Positions 61,271 to 64,000 of a stretch of 64,000 bases of DNA are shown here, in pieces. Location: the NCBI GenBank assembly GCA_963829055.1, contig CAWHHI010000005.1, positions 256,001-320,000 on the forward strand, read 5' to 3'. The notes beneath the pieces were generated by a model. The model was given only the letters and a program-made list of their open reading frames with translations. It was not told the origin of the DNA and searched no databases. Position numbers and translations under genes: made by a program. The stretch is from an uncultured Gemmatimonadaceae bacterium. GTDB lineage: Bacteria; Gemmatimonadota; Gemmatimonadetes; Gemmatimonadales; Gemmatimonadaceae. Position 1 is the stretch's first letter, and the number at the start of each line of letters is the position of its first letter.

Positions 61271-62713
61271 TCCGCCTGGCGCAGGCAATCGGTGTTCAGC
61301 GACTCTGACTCGGCGGATGCGGTTGGGCTGCCCGGTTTGGGCAGCACTTGCAGCAGCGGCGTTGGCTTCACCGCAGTCGGCCCAACGAATGGCCGATCGT
61401 TGGCAAGGATCAGGACGATCGAGACGGCGATCGCCGTCGAGAACAGGCCTAACGCGATGCGCGCCGTCGCGCGACTGTCCGAGTGCACCATCGCGACGCC
61501 CACCAGCATGCAGACGGCCTGCAGGAGGAGCGCTGTCCACTTCACGCCGTTCACCTGCGTCTCGCTCACGAGAATCCGCTGTCGTCGCGCGTCCAGCGCA
61601 TTCTCCAGCGCCGACACGATTTCCCGCTGCGCGGCGACCTGCCCGGCCCCCTCCACCGGTGCGCCGAACGTGACCCGGAGCGCCTGGGCGAGCGCCATCG
61701 GGATCATCGCCAGCGTCACCTCGCGGCGCGCCATCGCGGGCCACTCCTGACGTTCCACTTGCTGGATGTGCTGGCGTATCAGATCGCGAAGCTGTCCCGC
61801 CGCATCCGCCGGGAGCGCCTCCGAGAGCAGAACCGCCGCGCGGAGCGACGATGCCTCTCGATTCACGGCGGCGTTCGCTCGCTCGACGTCGCCCCACGCC
61901 TGCGACGCCAGGAACGCGACGAGCGTTCCGTGCGGGCTGAATGCCCGCTGCAGCGCGGCGGTCACGTCGAGACCCGTCAGCCCGACGAACCGGCCGATCT
62001 CCTGCACGGTGACGCCGCCGCCGACCAGGAAGCGCTGGCCGCGACTCCACTCACGCCCGGTCGTACCCCACGCGACAGCGAATGAGGGAGTGGCGAAGGG
62101 AACGACCCGGATGCTCTGCCCCACAGCGAGCGAGAGCGGGACGGTGATGTCCGCCGTCCAGTGCTGCCTCTCGCCGAACGCGGCGTCCGCCCACCCCGCG
62201 CCGAACTCCAGCGTCGCCGTTCCGGTCGCGTCGTTCTCCGTGAAGAACGGGACGCGAAGGAAAGGGCGTGTGGTGACCAGGTAGTTGCTGTAGCGGATGC
62301 CCGCCATCAGCCGGTTCGTGTCGCACGAGGATTCAATGCAGAACTCCCCGTCGCCGCGCTGATACCCCACGGTGCCCGAGAGCAGCGGGCCGCCCTCGAT
62401 CTGCAGGTTGCTGACGAGGCCGTATGACGTCAGGCTTCGCCCCGCATCCAGCGCGCGCGAGCCGTACTGCAGACGAAACCCGAACGAGCAGTCTGTCATC
62501 ACGGCTCGTCGGCATCACTGGGCCGACCGGCGTCAGGGCGCCTAACGGCGTGCTCGCGATCGCCGCCAGCGTGCGGGAAAGTCCCGTCTCCGATTCCGTC
62601 GACTGAGCCCCGAGCATCCGGGACACGAGTAGCGCCAGCGACACCGATCCCGCGATGACGTGCGACCGGCCAATGGTCCAGCGGGTCCAGCGGGCGCGCG
62701 GTATGGTTCGCAT
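61138..62713 (-). CDS. Apparent fusion: exported beta-strand-rich hypothetical (N) + DUF4239/bestrophin-like membrane domain (C); frameshift near 62500
   Basis: Signal peptide and beta-barrel-like strands to RAFSPHGT, then LVAFLASQAWGDVERANAAVNREASSLR...ILANDRPFVG typical of DUF4239. Confidence 0.55.
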
Positions 62714-62716
62714 CGG

Positions 62717-63872
62717 CTATCTCCGCCCGCGCAGCCACCGTGAATACACTTCACCGTGCACGTGAGCGTCATAGCGATACACGCGCAGCAGTACACTGTC
62801 GCCCGCGGCGAAATCGAGACGCATGAAGCCGCTCGTCGCCTGACCTACGTACAGGCTCTGACGGAGCCGCGCCGCGCATTCGCCCTTGCCGATCGATCCG
62901 GCTCCGCTCACGAGCACGTAGCTCGACGTCCGCCCTTGCAGGACCTGGAGACTGTGGTCGTGACCCGCGGCAAAGATCGAGCGGAGGGCGCGTCGCGAGC
63001 GCGGCATTCACGGAGTCCCGCATCATCGTGTAGTTCTTGCCGAACAGATCCTGGCTCGTGTTCGCCCAGCGCCGGAACAGCGCGAACGCGCCACAGTAGC
63101 CTCCGTGCGGACCGCCTGTCATCAACGGATGGTGCGCGGCGACGATCACCGCTTGACCCGGGCGGGTCGTGCGCAGGGAATCGCGAATGGCTTGCGTGAT
63201 CTCGCCGATGGTGTGCGTCGTGCAGCCGGTCGCGCGATCATCCGAGGCGGAGTCGCGGACGATGTAGTTGTGCAGCCACCATTGCGTGTCGAGCAGCACG
63301 AGACGTACGCGCTCCCTGTCCACGACGACGGGCCCGGGGCAACCGTTAGGCGGCACCACCATGACTGTCGCGCCCGGGTTCTTCGGTCGCTGTGGAACCA
63401 GCGCGCCCTGGCGTCTGATGATGAACAGACCGTCGGCCGCGGTGGCGGCACCGAAGAATCCGCCCTGGCCGCCGTCGGCCCAGTCATGGTTCCCGGGCAC
63501 GAAGATGCCGGTGGCGCCACTGGGCACTGCCCGGATCTGCGCGTCCAGGCGACGCAACACGTCCGCATAGTTCGTGGCGATCTCCGGAGCGGTTCCGGCG
63601 GGGTACACGTTGTCGCCGAGGAAGAGGATCGTCGCGCGAGGCCCGACCGCCGCCGCATGCATTGCGAGCGAGTCCAGCACGGTCGCGGGCAAACGCGGGT
63701 CAGGCTCTCCGGCATCCCCAATGAGGAAGATGGTCTCGACGATCTCTTGAGGGGTCGGCGTCGGTACTCGCGCGCTTCGACAGCCAGCAATCGCGCCGAT
63801 CGCGCCGAGCATCAGCGCGAGTCGGCCGACGCGACGTGCGCGTCGATGGACTTGAGACGTCCACTTCGACAC
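62717..63872 (-). CDS. Calcineurin-like metallophosphoesterase lipoprotein, frameshift near 62985
   Basis: Lipobox IAGC, IGDAG, LGDNVYP, PGNHDW, AHHP, AGHDHSLQ, VSGAGS. Confidence 0.85.
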
Positions 63873-63907
63873 TCGAGCCTCGTGTCTTTCAGGTTGCGGA
63901 TGACGTA

Positions 63908-64000
63908 TCAGAACAATCCGGCCTTCAGGTAAAAACGGTGCTGATCGCCCCTGGCGTAGGCCATGCTGATCGTCGTGCCTAACGCCTCGACCCACGCGCC
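63908..64000 (-). CDS. C-terminus of an outer-membrane beta-barrel protein (possibly BamA/TamA-like), truncated by the window edge
   Basis: ...GAWVEALGTTISMAYARGDQHRFYLKAGLF* ends in a beta-signal-like Phe. Confidence 0.5.
   Translation of the reverse strand, partial: GAWVEALGTTISMAYARGDQHRFYLKAGLF

Overview
High-GC (roughly 68-70% by eye) bacterial chromosomal window, most likely Gemmatimonadota. This is an inference from the SusC/SusD pair, ADOP-type permease remnant, TolB/PD40 amidohydrolases, Ser/Thr kinase with a TolB-N-like domain and ECF/CHAT genes. Many genes are split by single-base frameshifts, which looks like uncorrected long-read indels rather than real decay. Recognisable content, in order: XRE/MmyB and TetR regulators; a beta-barrel plus RND efflux operon; a CopB-type P1B ATPase; kdpE-kdpD followed by kup; an ECF/anti-sigma/CPBP module; a vWA-kinase(FHA)-metallophosphoesterase-Zn-ribbon operon; DUF3597 and NamZ; an ECF sigma / anti-sigma-like / TPR-CHAT protease / unknown / S8 protease / Ser-Thr kinase locus; a pobA-pcaCHGBD aromatic catabolism operon; PhoD; a SusCD + S9 peptidase + amidohydrolase cluster; GH1; and a metallophosphoesterase. 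No rRNA, tRNA, CRISPR array or transposase was seen. Most notable observations: (1) the CRISPR-less ECF/anti-sigma/TPR-CHAT locus, tied together by three copies of an identically spaced RGAAW-N10-CGTCCGTC promoter-like motif; (2) a non-palindromic heptamer CCTAACG repeated about once per kb on both strands, inside genes, forcing rare codons; (3) a TerY-P-like vWA/kinase/phosphatase/Zn-ribbon operon with a PPP-type phosphatase; (4) an unannotated 34-aa membrane peptide coupled to kup downstream of KdpE-type boxes.
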